Source: Planctomycetota bacterium (GTDB taxonomy: Bacteria; Planctomycetota; Brocadiia; JAADGH01). Taken from it: a DNA stretch of 64,000 nucleotides. The translations under genes and the position numbers were made by a program. The stretch is taken from assembly GCA_040755855.1 (NCBI GenBank), contig JBFMAD010000003.1:1-64000 (forward strand), read 5' to 3'. Below, one piece after another: positions 9,327 through 18,709 of this stretch; positions within the stretch are counted from its first letter, which is position 1, and each line of letters opens with the position of its first letter. The notes below the pieces were generated by a model, which ran no database searches, was not told the origin of the DNA, and saw only the letters and a program-made list of their open reading frames with translations.

Positions 9327-9581
9327 TGTAGCCGCAGGCTTCAGCCTGCGGGCCGATTTGTGGCGTTCTCGCGCACCCGTAAAGGGTGCGCCTACAATTT
9401 TTTCACATCTTCCGAGTGTACAGGATGGCAAGTAGGTTTTCAAGCGTTCCACGCTTGAAACGCGCCGATGCCGTTCGTATAGTGAATGCGGATTCGGAAC
9501 CAAGAACCTATCCGTAGATAGCGGCATCTGTAGCCGCACCCTTTATGGGTGTGTATGGGTGCGACGAATCGCAGGCTACCA
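9327..9581. repeat. GTAG-type REP cluster (BIME-like doublets) in a divergent intergenic region
   Basis: tgtagccgcaggcttcagcctgcg (9327-9350,+); cgcacccgtaaagggtgcgcctaca (9372-9396,-); tgtagccgcaccctttatgggtg (9529-,+); degenerate cgcaggctacca (~9570-9581,-). Confidence 0.8.
9455..9483 (+). promoter_or_regulatory. Putative sigma70 promoter
   Basis: TTGAAA-17 bp-TATAGT upstream of the CDS at 9619. Confidence 0.55.
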
Positions 9582-9618
9582 ATTCACAGATAAGTTCTAA
9601 GAAAAGGGAGGTGCGGCG

Positions 9619-12600
9619 ATGGTCAGGTCCACCGTGTGGTGCGGCATGGGTTTGTGGATATGGCTCGCGCTTTGGTGTATATCGGCAGCCACGAGTTTCG
9701 CGCAAACGAATGTCATTCCCTTCGGCGACCTGGAATCCGGGGCGCGGGGGAAGCGGCCGCCGCAGTTCTGGCACCGCGGCGGCGGCGACTACCTCTCCGC
9801 CTACCCCGACTGGGAGATTACGGATGAAACCGCCGCGTCGGGCAAGTGGTCCGCGACGACGACCACCACCCGCGAGCTCGTCATGTGCGGCGAGGGGGGA
9901 AGCGGACCCGTCGCGGGGTCCGTGTCCCTGAAGGCCGCGAAGGCGGGGACCAAGGCGCGCATCCGCCTGAGCGGGTGGAATCGCCTCAACAGAAGCGATG
10001 AGACCAGGGAGGTAACGGTCGGTCCCGAGTGGGCGCGCTTTGAACTGGAAGCCAAGTCCGACGGCGGGCCGATGGAACTGGCCGTGGCCAGTATCGAAGC
10101 CGGCGTCCGCCTCTGGGCCGATGACTTCCGCATCGCCGCCAAGCCGCTTTCGGACCAGCTCGGCGATATGAAGATCATCCGCCCAAAGCCCCTCGACCTC
10201 AACCGGATCGAGACGTATGACGGCAAAGGGCAAGATGCGAGCGGCAAGGTCGCGCTTCATGTCAATATCCCCGCCGATTGCGTCGAGTTGCCGTATGTCT
10301 CCGGCGGAGTTCCCTTCCCGCGCGGGCGGCTGTTCCGCGCCGAGTGTGTTCGCGTCCTCGATGCGGCAGGCGTCGAGGTCCCGATGCAGGTCAACGTCCT
10401 GGCCCGGTGGCGGGCCGATCAATCCATCAAGGTCCTCCTCGTCACCGTGCCGAGGCCAGGGATGAGCGCGGACTTCACGTTGGAATTCGGCCCGGCGGTC
10501 AAGCACATGGCGATTTCCGGTCACTGGGGCATTGCTAGAACCGGTATTCCTGTCGCAAATAGCCCAGTACCGAGCACTCCCGCACTTGCTAGCGGCGACG
10601 GCCAACCCACCGGCCAATTCTCTTGGAGGAGGACAGTTGACCGCTTCGGACCACTCACCGCCATTGTCACGGAGGAAGGGGAGTATGCGTTGCCGGACGG
10701 CAAACGCCTCGGACGCTGGGTGCGTCGGATGCAGTTGTGGCGCGGGAGCCGCCGGGCCCTCGTGTCGCACTGTTGGATCAACGACGAGGGTGGAGGTTCG
10801 ATCCCGATCCAGTCGGCGTGGTGTGACATCGGTTACCGACGCCCGTTGCCCGCCGCCGAGCGCACGACGCAGGTCGCGTACGACGGGCGCTTCGTCGTGC
10901 CGAAGGACGATGTCGTCCGCCCGCCAACGGGCGAGGCCGCCGAACCAACGCGGCATGACGGCCTGTTTGATGGTCGTCTCGCTATCCGCGACTTCTGGCA
11001 GAACCATCCATGCGCTGTCGAGACCACGAAGGACGGCTACCGCATTTGGCTCTGGCCGGAGACGGTGAGGGGCGTCCTGATCCCGCAGGGCTTCGCGCGG
11101 CAGTGGGAGTTCCTGATTTCCAACAAAGAAGAGCCTCTGACGAAGTCGTTCCAGACGACGGCGATGCCGATCCTGAGCGCGGATCCGGAGTGGATGTGCG
11201 CGTCGGGTGTGTTCGAGTTCCTTCTGCCGCCGGACCCGGAGGCGTTCCCCGTCTTCGAAAAACGCGTCGGGAGCATCCCCACCCTCGGCGGCTTCGCCTG
11301 GGAGCAGAAGGAGGCGCGCAACCTCTTCGGCCTGTTCAACTACGGCGACGCGCCCGGCGACGGCGGCTGGTCGAACCTGGAGTCCATGGCCGACCACGAG
11401 CTGTTCCTCCACTGGATGCGCACGCGCTCGCGGGAGCACTTCGACATGGCCCGCCTCGCCGCCGAGCACTACCGCGACATGGACATCCACCACGGCGCTG
11501 GCTTCTGCCACACCCACTGCAACAACCACGTCGGCTCCGGCGAGGGTTGGTCGCACGCATGGGTGCAGGGTGTGCGCGACCTCTACTTCCTCCTCGGCGA
11601 CCTCCGCGCACTGGAGGTCCTGCAAGAGGTCGGCGAGCGACTGCTCACGAAGGAGGTCGGCTGGACCTCCGGCCGCGACTGGACCCGGCCCATTGACGAT
11701 CTGGTGGACATCGCCGGCGCGACGGGCGACAAGCGATTCCTCGACTGCGCCAAGCGCCACATCACCGAGCTTGGCCGACGCCAGCTCCCGGAGCACGCCG
11801 TCTGCGGGGCGGAGCGGACATCGTGGTACGAGGACCGCTACCCCGCCGGCTGCGCCTTCACCTGGTACGGCTGCCAGGCGATGGCGAAGCTGCACTTAGA
11901 GACGGGCGACGATGAGGTCCTGAACATTCTCAAACGCGAAATTGATCTGTCCCTCGACGTGCAGACCAAATCGCTCCGATGCAACGCTATCCTGCCGGGC
12001 GAGAAGATCGGCGAGGACCGGCAGGCGGAAGTCCTGGCCAACCCCTTCGCCCTCGGCCGGGGGAGCACCCTCTTCCCGCCGCTGGGGTATCTGGCCGACG
12101 CCACCGGCGAGCGGCGCTATCTGGACCTCGGCATGAAGATACTCGCGCACTACATGCTCAACCTGCGCAGCGGGAGCGACGCCTCGGCCACGTCCTACGC
12201 CACCGTGTTCCTCCACTATGCCAAGCGGGCGGGCGTCGGCGCGAAGGAGGAGGCCGCGGCGTTTCATCGAGCGAGGGACTTCAGCTTCGAGCAGTGGCCC
12301 ACGACCGTCGTCAACGGCGGCTTCGAGGAGGACAGCTTCAAGGGGTGGGACGCGAAGAAGGCCCCGGGGCAAAACGAATTCTACGACAAACTCATCCGCG
12401 TGGGTCATGCGCTCGATGAGCAGGTGAAACACTCGGGCGCTCGGTCCCTGCGCCTGCGCTCCGACAACCCCGGCCGAACAGCGAAGGTGGACCAGCGCGT
12501 GGCGCTGAAGCCGATGACCCGGTGGCGGATTGACCTGTGGATGAGGGCGGGCGAGGGGGCACAGCCGGTCGCATCTTTGTCGCTTCGGGAGTACGACGAG

Positions 12601-13293
12601 GACCGCGGAAGCGGCGTCGCCTTCCACCCGGAGGGCGAACCGGCCGACGGCTGGCAGAAGATCGCCGCCGAGTTCACGACCGTGACGCGGACCGTCGCTA
12701 CGGTGGCGCTGAGCCAGGGCGGCAAGGGAGATGTCTGGTTCGACGATGTCGTCCTCACGGAGATCGGCCCGGCGTACTCCCTGCTGAGCGACAACGGCGG
12801 CGGGCGCGACTGGCGCAAGCCGGCCTATCCCGGACTGAACGTCGAGACCGGCGGGACCTACCAGGCCGACGAGCCGATGGCAGGCGACTTGAAAACAGAG
12901 GGCAAGCCGATCCCCTTCACGCAGGGCTGCCTGACCGACGGGGTGAGCCGATACGACTACCGGCAGAAGCCGCTCGGCTCCTACGCCTACTGGGCGAAGC
13001 GGCCGAAGGGGAGCATCGCCTTCGACCTCGGCCGGCCGTATCGGATCCGGCAGGTTCACGTGAACGTCACGCAGGGCGGGACGAAGGGGCACGGCACGCG
13101 GCGCATCGAGCTGCACGAGGGCGGCGCGGACGGGAAGCTGCTCGGGGCCATCGAACCGGCGGTGGACGGATGGAACCGCTTCGACGGATTGGACCTCATG
13201 GCGCAGCACCTGACCCTCGTCCTCGTCACGAGAGAGGGCGCGACCTACACCACCTTGTCCGAGGTCGAAATCTGGGGGGAGCGAGCGCCCTGA
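9619..13293 (+). CDS. Secreted PcRGLX/YetA-like (PL26-related) exo-rhamnogalacturonan-lyase-like protein with CBM4/9-like and discoidin-like domains
   Basis: Signal peptide; GVPFPRG..VPMQ..LARW..SIK RIFT-barrel motif; GLFNYGD..W.N.E..RT..AAEHYRDMD toroid motif; NGGFE..HSGARS..WFDDV CBM. Confidence 0.7.
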   Translation: MVRSTVWCGMGLWIWLALWCISAATSFAQTNVIPFGDLESGARGKRPPQFWHRGGGDYLSAYPDWEITDETAASGKWSATTTTTRELVMCGEGGSGPVAGSVSLKAAKAGTKARIRLSGWNRLNRSDETREVTVGPEWARFELEAKSDGGPMELAVASIEAGVRLWADDFRIAAKPLSDQLGDMKIIRPKPLDLNRIETYDGKGQDASGKVALHVNIPADCVELPYVSGGVPFPRGRLFRAECVRVLDAAGVEVPMQVNVLARWRADQSIKVLLVTVPRPGMSADFTLEFGPAVKHMAISGHWGIARTGIPVANSPVPSTPALASGDGQPTGQFSWRRTVDRFGPLTAIVTEEGEYALPDGKRLGRWVRRMQLWRGSRRALVSHCWINDEGGGSIPIQSAWCDIGYRRPLPAAERTTQVAYDGRFVVPKDDVVRPPTGEAAEPTRHDGLFDGRLAIRDFWQNHPCAVETTKDGYRIWLWPETVRGVLIPQGFARQWEFLISNKEEPLTKSFQTTAMPILSADPEWMCASGVFEFLLPPDPEAFPVFEKRVGSIPTLGGFAWEQKEARNLFGLFNYGDAPGDGGWSNLESMADHELFLHWMRTRSREHFDMARLAAEHYRDMDIHHGAGFCHTHCNNHVGSGEGWSHAWVQGVRDLYFLLGDLRALEVLQEVGERLLTKEVGWTSGRDWTRPIDDLVDIAGATGDKRFLDCAKRHITELGRRQLPEHAVCGAERTSWYEDRYPAGCAFTWYGCQAMAKLHLETGDDEVLNILKREIDLSLDVQTKSLRCNAILPGEKIGEDRQAEVLANPFALGRGSTLFPPLGYLADATGERRYLDLGMKILAHYMLNLRSGSDASATSYATVFLHYAKRAGVGAKEEAAAFHRARDFSFEQWPTTVVNGGFEEDSFKGWDAKKAPGQNEFYDKLIRVGHALDEQVKHSGARSLRLRSDNPGRTAKVDQRVALKPMTRWRIDLWMRAGEGAQPVASLSLREYDEDRGSGVAFHPEGEPADGWQKIAAEFTTVTRTVATVALSQGGKGDVWFDDVVLTEIGPAYSLLSDNGGGRDWRKPAYPGLNVETGGTYQADEPMAGDLKTEGKPIPFTQGCLTDGVSRYDYRQKPLGSYAYWAKRPKGSIAFDLGRPYRIRQVHVNVTQGGTKGHGTRRIELHEGGADGKLLGAIEPAVDGWNRFDGLDLMAQHLTLVLVTREGATYTTLSEVEIWGERAP

Positions 13294-13373
13294 GGCGGCG
13301 CTGCATGTGTTTTGCCCCACGAAACGGCCCGCGGATCGGTCGGCAGGCAATCGTTCTTGCGCCCAAAAGGTGG

Positions 13374-13402
13374 TTGAAATCCGCTTAGTTTGTTGTTATA
13401 AT
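13374..13402 (+). promoter_or_regulatory. Near-consensus sigma70 promoter with extended -10
   Basis: TTGAAA-17 bp-TATAAT with TGn before the -10. Confidence 0.7.
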
Positions 13403-13451
13403 AAAGTTTTTTGCGGCTTGTAATAACGGCAATCGAGGACAGGGGTTACGA

Positions 13452-14045
13452 ATGGCTTGGGCTATACGATTCATTGCCCGCGCAGAGGTGGAGAGCCCGG
13501 AGGGGAATTGCAAGGAGATGCTGCCGCCTCATTTCTCGTCCGAGTGCCTTGCCGTGTCAGTCCCCGAGGCCGTTGATCTGACGGCTTACTCGAAACAGCT
13601 TGCGGAGCATCGCGTTGATCGAATCACGATCGCTCAACATGGGAGCCATATTGACCTGTCCAGCATGCTTGTGGATTCAGATACGCAAGGCTATTTTCAG
13701 TTCCTCGGCGGTCAACTCTGGTATAAAGACGGCCCCACCGGCAAACCCTCCCAAAACGGGACGGGAATCCTGAACCCACGGGAAGAGGGGGGACCCTATA
13801 GATGGGACCCCCATGACTGGACAAACGTCCGCAACATTTTCATACCGATCATGACGTATCAAATCTACATGCTCTTTCCTGGCGGGGTCGCATCGAAGAA
13901 GCTGCCGTCCTTCCTCGCTTGTGTTTACCACTTCCAGGATCAACTGTCCGGCACCGCGCAGGCACAAGCCGCACAGCAGGCGTCAAGCCCTGGCCAACCG
14001 GCCGTGGTGGGAGCAGGTACAAGCCCAGTCTTGGCGAGGAATTAG
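13452..14045 (+). CDS. Hypothetical protein (197 aa)
   Basis: Fills the intergenic gap, has its own promoter and an AGGGG RBS; no recognisable motif. Confidence 0.6.
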   Translation: MAWAIRFIARAEVESPEGNCKEMLPPHFSSECLAVSVPEAVDLTAYSKQLAEHRVDRITIAQHGSHIDLSSMLVDSDTQGYFQFLGGQLWYKDGPTGKPSQNGTGILNPREEGGPYRWDPHDWTNVRNIFIPIMTYQIYMLFPGGVASKKLPSFLACVYHFQDQLSGTAQAQAAQQASSPGQPAVVGAGTSPVLARN

Positions 14046-14116
14046 GCCGAGCAGCGACTCCAAGGGGATTGAAGTCGCTCGACTTCAGAATCTACGGGGC
14101 GAACGGCGTGCGCGTC

Positions 14117-17100
14117 CTATTGCCGCCCGCACCACTGCACCACGTTGAGGAGGAGGGTCTTCTCCGCGTCCGCGGGCGGGGCGTCCTGGTTGTCGGTCTT
14201 CAGCCCGATAGCCAGACCGCACGCGACATAGCGGCCCTTGCCCACCTCCCCGCACACCACCACCGGCCGTTTGCTCTGCGATGCTTGGGCGAGGACAGTC
14301 CCCTTCGGGCCGCACTCGACCTCAACGTGATCCATGTAGGCATGGGGCTGCGGCGAGTTCGGAGCGATACCCTTCGTCACGGGGTGCTCGGCCACAACGA
14401 CCCACGTCGGGTCCTTCACGTGCTCCAGTCCCTTCGCGCAGACCTCCGTCAGGAGCAGAGGATGGTCGCGATAGCCGACGGCGTTGTGCGTTACAATCAA
14501 CCCGCCGCCGTTGCGGACGAATGCCTCCAGCGCGGCGACGGCTTCCTTGGTCAAGGTCGTCGCCACCCTCGGTTGGGGCAGGACGATCACCTGGCAGTCC
14601 TTCATCGTTTCCGGGTGGATCAGCCCGATCGGCTGCGCATCAATTCCTGCGGCCTTCCGAAGCTGCGCCAGGATCGTGGTCGAGCCGTAGCCGCCCGTCA
14701 GGACGCCGGTGCGCAGGCCCTTGCCCTGGAACTTGGGCCGGTCGCGCTGGAACATCTCCTCGTCGGTCAGGGGTTGCGCCTGCTCGATCCTCGTCTGCCA
14801 GTCGGCGGGCAGGACGGCCTTCATCGAGATAGTGCCATTACATCCCTGGCGCGACACCGGCTTGCCGACGGACGACGTGCCCCGGATATCCGCGAGGATG
14901 AAGTAGCAACAGTTCGGGTCCATCTCCTTAAGGGTGACCGCATAAATGTTGTCCCGGTTTCGCGCGGCTGCGCTGCCGGAGTGTTCGTCCACGCTCAGCT
15001 CGGTCACCTTCTCCGGGTCATCCTTCGGCGCCGAGGCGAGGGCGACGCGGGAGATGCCGAGGCCGTGCCAGCCGGTGGTGTATGTAAAGCCGACCTGGTA
15101 CTCGCCGGGCGTTTCCATGTAGCGCGTCACGTCAATGCGCTTGGTGATCTTGGCTTGTTGGTCGAAATCCGTGTCCGTCCAGGCGCCAATCTCGTGGGGC
15201 AGATAGGCGCTTAGCGGGCTGCGGATGCCGAGGGGGACGAGGCAATCGCCGATGTCCACGACCGTCCGCTCGGTCTCCTGGACGGTGTCCACAAGGCGCG
15301 AGCCGCTCAGGTTCTGGCCCACCACTCCCTCCCATTCCGTCAGCGCCTTCGACACGTTCATGCCCGCGAGGGAGAGGCGCTTCATGGCGTTCTGCATCTC
15401 GACGCGTTCGGGATAAGTCAGGGTCTTGCTCTCGGAGATGCGATTCGCAATAGTGAAAATATGTTTGATCATCTCTACGTAGCCCTGGATCGCTTCCGTC
15501 TCAAAAATCAGGAGCGGTTCGTTCAGGCGCTTGGCGATGGCCATCGCCTTTTCGCATGTGGCGAGGTCCTGCTCCATGTGCTCCACCGTCGGGAAGTAGC
15601 GGAAGATGCCCTCCCCCAGCGCCGGCTTGGTGCGTTGCTTCACCATGTGCTGTGGCCGGCGGGAGACGAAATAGAAAGGCACACGCGAGCCATAGACATC
15701 CCACCCCACCGGCCCGATCATCACCGCCCAGTCGGCCACGGCGTCGGGGTCCTTCATGCCCCGGCGCGTCGCCCAGGCGGCGGCGAACTCCTGCTCGGTG
15801 CGGCCCTTGGCATTCCATGACCACTCTGCGGAGGCGACGACGTTGAAATCGTAGAGCCGGTTGTGCGGCGTAGCGTAGCCGCAGAGGCACTTGAGTTTCT
15901 TGTCCACAAATTCGTTCATGCGATACTTGATGAACTGCGGTCCGCTCCACGGGCAGACGATCCGCCACGACGCTGTGAGCTGCGGATAGCACCCCAGCCA
16001 CCCGCCCTCGGCGACGTACTTCTCCAGAAGGGGATAGATCATCGGGTCGCGCGATGAGTCATAAGTCCGGCCCCCGTCGTAATATGTGATTCCGACCTCC
16101 TTCGGGACCTGCGCCAGCACCTTGTCGTTCGTGTCGTAGCTGCCCTGGGTGAGGAGGATGCGGAGTTGGAGGTTGGGGAACTTCTTCCGGGCCAGGCGCC
16201 ATGCCTCCACGAGGCAGCGCGTCTCCATGGCGTACTGCCCGAGCTCGGACGCCTTGCACTTCTCGCAGGAGCAGAACTGGTTCTCCAACTCGCTCAGCCA
16301 TGCACAGATGTGGGTGACGCCCTTCTGCGAGGCAAGGGAGCACATCCAATCGGCGAAGACCTCGGTGAGCTTCGGATGGGAGCAGCACGGCGCGACGAGG
16401 TCGGGGTACGTCCGATGCCGGGCGCGTTCGCCCTGACCCATGAGATCGGGGTAGGCATTGTAGATGCCCGTCCGCCCGATCCCGTTCAGGTGGGTGATGA
16501 TGGGGACGTAGTTGAAGGCCCGTCGCCGGGCAAAGGCGATCTTCTCCTCATCGGCCCGGGCCTCGCCGCGGCCGTCCGCCGTCATGCTGAGTTGGACATG
16601 GGCCTCGACGACATTCATCTTGTGCCGCGTCATCCAGAGTATGTCCTGGGTGGAGTTGCCGCCCCACTCGCCACGCTCCTCCAGGTCGGGCCAGTCCATG
16701 ACCTTCGCCAGCGGGATCGTCACATGGTCGTAGGTGAAGGTCGGCTCCAGGAGTTGGCGAAGGGTCTGCGACGCATAGAACACCCCCTTTTCGTTCAGCG
16801 CGGTGAGGACGAGGCGGTCGTCGCCGTGCGGGGCGATGAGGTAGGCCTGGTCGGCGTTGGGCAGTTTGGCCAACTGGGCCGTGTCGGGGACGGCGACCTT
16901 GCCGACGTTCCCCTTTTCGTCGCAGACACCGACGACGATCTCGAAGCGCCCGCGGTCGCACCGCTCGTTCGCCCGGTCCATGAAGAGGGACCGTATCTCC
17001 TCGGCGGCGCACTGCTCCACCTCGCCCGCGCCCTCGCGCAGGACGATCTGCACCTCGCATGACGGCATCGTAATCTTCTTCTCGATGGCGATCTGCTTCG

Positions 17101-17230
17101 GCAGGGGGATCAGCCAGCGGAGCCACTTGGTCTGCTCCTCCTTCGAGACCGCGACCGGCGTCTCGGCGGCGAGGGCCGAGGCGCATGTGATGACGAGAAA
17201 TCCCATCAGGCCGATTTGCGCCTTTTCCAT
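14117..17230 (-). CDS. Secreted GH20-domain-2 (zincin-like) glycoside-hydrolase-like protein with C-terminal ThuA-like domain
   Basis: LIPLPKQI..QAYLI..GVFYASQTLRQLL..DWPDLEERG; CSCEKC; C-terminal ALEAFVRNGGGLIVTH..HPVT..GKGRYV. Confidence 0.7.
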   Translation of the reverse strand: MEKAQIGLMGFLVITCASALAAETPVAVSKEEQTKWLRWLIPLPKQIAIEKKITMPSCEVQIVLREGAGEVEQCAAEEIRSLFMDRANERCDRGRFEIVVGVCDEKGNVGKVAVPDTAQLAKLPNADQAYLIAPHGDDRLVLTALNEKGVFYASQTLRQLLEPTFTYDHVTIPLAKVMDWPDLEERGEWGGNSTQDILWMTRHKMNVVEAHVQLSMTADGRGEARADEEKIAFARRRAFNYVPIITHLNGIGRTGIYNAYPDLMGQGERARHRTYPDLVAPCCSHPKLTEVFADWMCSLASQKGVTHICAWLSELENQFCSCEKCKASELGQYAMETRCLVEAWRLARKKFPNLQLRILLTQGSYDTNDKVLAQVPKEVGITYYDGGRTYDSSRDPMIYPLLEKYVAEGGWLGCYPQLTASWRIVCPWSGPQFIKYRMNEFVDKKLKCLCGYATPHNRLYDFNVVASAEWSWNAKGRTEQEFAAAWATRRGMKDPDAVADWAVMIGPVGWDVYGSRVPFYFVSRRPQHMVKQRTKPALGEGIFRYFPTVEHMEQDLATCEKAMAIAKRLNEPLLIFETEAIQGYVEMIKHIFTIANRISESKTLTYPERVEMQNAMKRLSLAGMNVSKALTEWEGVVGQNLSGSRLVDTVQETERTVVDIGDCLVPLGIRSPLSAYLPHEIGAWTDTDFDQQAKITKRIDVTRYMETPGEYQVGFTYTTGWHGLGISRVALASAPKDDPEKVTELSVDEHSGSAAARNRDNIYAVTLKEMDPNCCYFILADIRGTSSVGKPVSRQGCNGTISMKAVLPADWQTRIEQAQPLTDEEMFQRDRPKFQGKGLRTGVLTGGYGSTTILAQLRKAAGIDAQPIGLIHPETMKDCQVIVLPQPRVATTLTKEAVAALEAFVRNGGGLIVTHNAVGYRDHPLLLTEVCAKGLEHVKDPTWVVVAEHPVTKGIAPNSPQPHAYMDHVEVECGPKGTVLAQASQSKRPVVVCGEVGKGRYVACGLAIGLKTDNQDAPPADAEKTLLLNVVQWCGRQ

Positions 17231-17241
17231 GATTCGATCCT

Positions 17242-17952
17242 TTACTGTTTGAGCGGCTCTTTGCCCAGCGCCTTCAGGATGCAGTCGGCCACCTGCTTTG
17301 CGAGGACATTCGAGCCATCGGGCGTGAAGTGGACGTTGACCGGCATCTGGGTCTCTTTCAACTTCGGCAGGGCGAAGGCGTAGAGATCGTCAATGGCGAT
17401 GCCGTTAGCGTCCATGATCTTCTTGGCCGCCTCGTTGTAGGCGATCACGTCGCTGTTCAGCCGCTTCGGCTTCATCTCGCCTTCGGGCACGGGGGTGGTG
17501 GCGCACCAGATTAGTTTCGCGCCGGTTTTCTTCAGACGCTCGACGAGTTGGGTCAGGTTCTTCTCGTAATCGGCAAGCGGGACCTGCAGTTTGCCGTCGT
17601 CCATGGACTTCAGGTCGTGCAGGCCCCAGTTGAAGTGGATGACGTCCCACTTCTTGTCGCCGAGCCACTTGTCAATCTCCTCCACGCCGCGCGTGGTGGG
17701 GCCGCCGTTGACGGGGATGCGGTGGATGTTCGCCTTGCCCTTGAGCAGCTCGCGGGTGGGGATCGTGTAGCCCATGGAGATGGAGTCGCCGATGAGAAGC
17801 ACCCTCGGCAGGCCGGGCTCGTCCTCGATCGGCGCGAGGGATGGATGGGGCTTTGGGGCCTTCTTTTTTTTCTGGTCTTTGTCCTGGCTATAGGAGGTGT
17901 GGAGCGTCAGACACAGAACGGCGAAAATTGCCAGCGCTTCCAGTACTCTCAT
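17242..17952 (-). CDS. Secreted SGNH/GDSL hydrolase
   Basis: IGDSIS, FNWGLHD, NVHF blocks; signal peptide from MRVLEA (GGAG RBS). Confidence 0.9.
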   Translation of the reverse strand: MRVLEALAIFAVLCLTLHTSYSQDKDQKKKKAPKPHPSLAPIEDEPGLPRVLLIGDSISMGYTIPTRELLKGKANIHRIPVNGGPTTRGVEEIDKWLGDKKWDVIHFNWGLHDLKSMDDGKLQVPLADYEKNLTQLVERLKKTGAKLIWCATTPVPEGEMKPKRLNSDVIAYNEAAKKIMDANGIAIDDLYAFALPKLKETQMPVNVHFTPDGSNVLAKQVADCILKALGKEPLKQ

Positions 17953-18079
17953 GGACGTCTCCTTGCAGAAACATGATGGGACAGTAAGCAACGCGCATGA
18001 GCGTACCACATCCGGCCGGTGGATGCAAGGGGAGTTGTCGGCCTTACGGTATCTTGCCCACCATGCCGGAGACCGCGAA

Positions 18080-18709
18080 CTACGGCTTGAGTCTTTCGAT
18101 TTCGGCCCGTATCGCGTCCACCACTTCGGCATTATGGATGACCTTCTTGTTCCCCTGCTTGACGGAGAAGACCGTGAAGACCTCGCCTCCGTGGTCGGAT
18201 GTGAACTTGGCGTGTGTCCGCTGCTGCATCTCCTTCCACTTGTGATCTTCGAAGGTATGAGCGAAAGTGACGGGTTTGATCTGCAATCCGATGTGTTTAT
18301 CGCCGACCTTGATGAAAAAATCAACGTTGTAGAGCCTATCCCACTCGTCGGGGGCAGGTTCTATGCGTACGCCAAGCATGTTCTGTAGTTGGCCATAGAT
18401 GGTCTGTATCTCGGTTTGGTAGCCTTCGAATGTCCTGCGGATTACAACATCTTTGATGTAGTCTATACAGTCCTGCTCCGTGACCTCGGCCACCTCATAT
18501 TGGATGACTTCGCTGATTTTTACGTACAGCTTCCTGCCAAGCTCCGCAAGGTGTCGCTCCGGGTACACGTTACTGAAGTAGTATTCTCTCCAGTCCTCGA
18601 TGGCTTTGGGGGCGCACGTTCGGATCAGGTCGGAGACCGGTCCCACAGACCGTTTTTTGTTGAGGCCCCAGCGATTCATCGCCTGATTGAGAATCCACTC
18701 TTTTGCCAT
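18080..18709 (-). CDS. MjaI-family restriction endonuclease
   Basis: [36 protein letters not shown] (PD-(D/E)xK-type core); abuts the MTase gene. Confidence 0.8.
   Translation of the reverse strand: MAKEWILNQAMNRWGLNKKRSVGPVSDLIRTCAPKAIEDWREYYFSNVYPERHLAELGRKLYVKISEVIQYEVAEVTEQDCIDYIKDVVIRRTFEGYQTEIQTIYGQLQNMLGVRIEPAPDEWDRLYNVDFFIKVGDKHIGLQIKPVTFAHTFEDHKWKEMQQRTHAKFTSDHGGEVFTVFSVKQGNKKVIHNAEVVDAIRAEIERLKP

Noticed and set aside
5970..9458. Long opposite-strand or alternate-frame ORFs (also 1606-3432, 9508-11895, 11896-13350, 22491-23870, 24741-26363, 37750-39288)
   Set aside because: Shadow ORFs of motif-bearing genes, expected at high GC; no domain motifs of their own
17953..18324. N-terminal extension of the SGNH ORF (likewise 9306-9539, 28049-28162, 42063-42194, 43250-43321)
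   Set aside because: Overlaps neighbouring genes, REPs or leader hairpins; downstream starts have clear RBS and signal motifs
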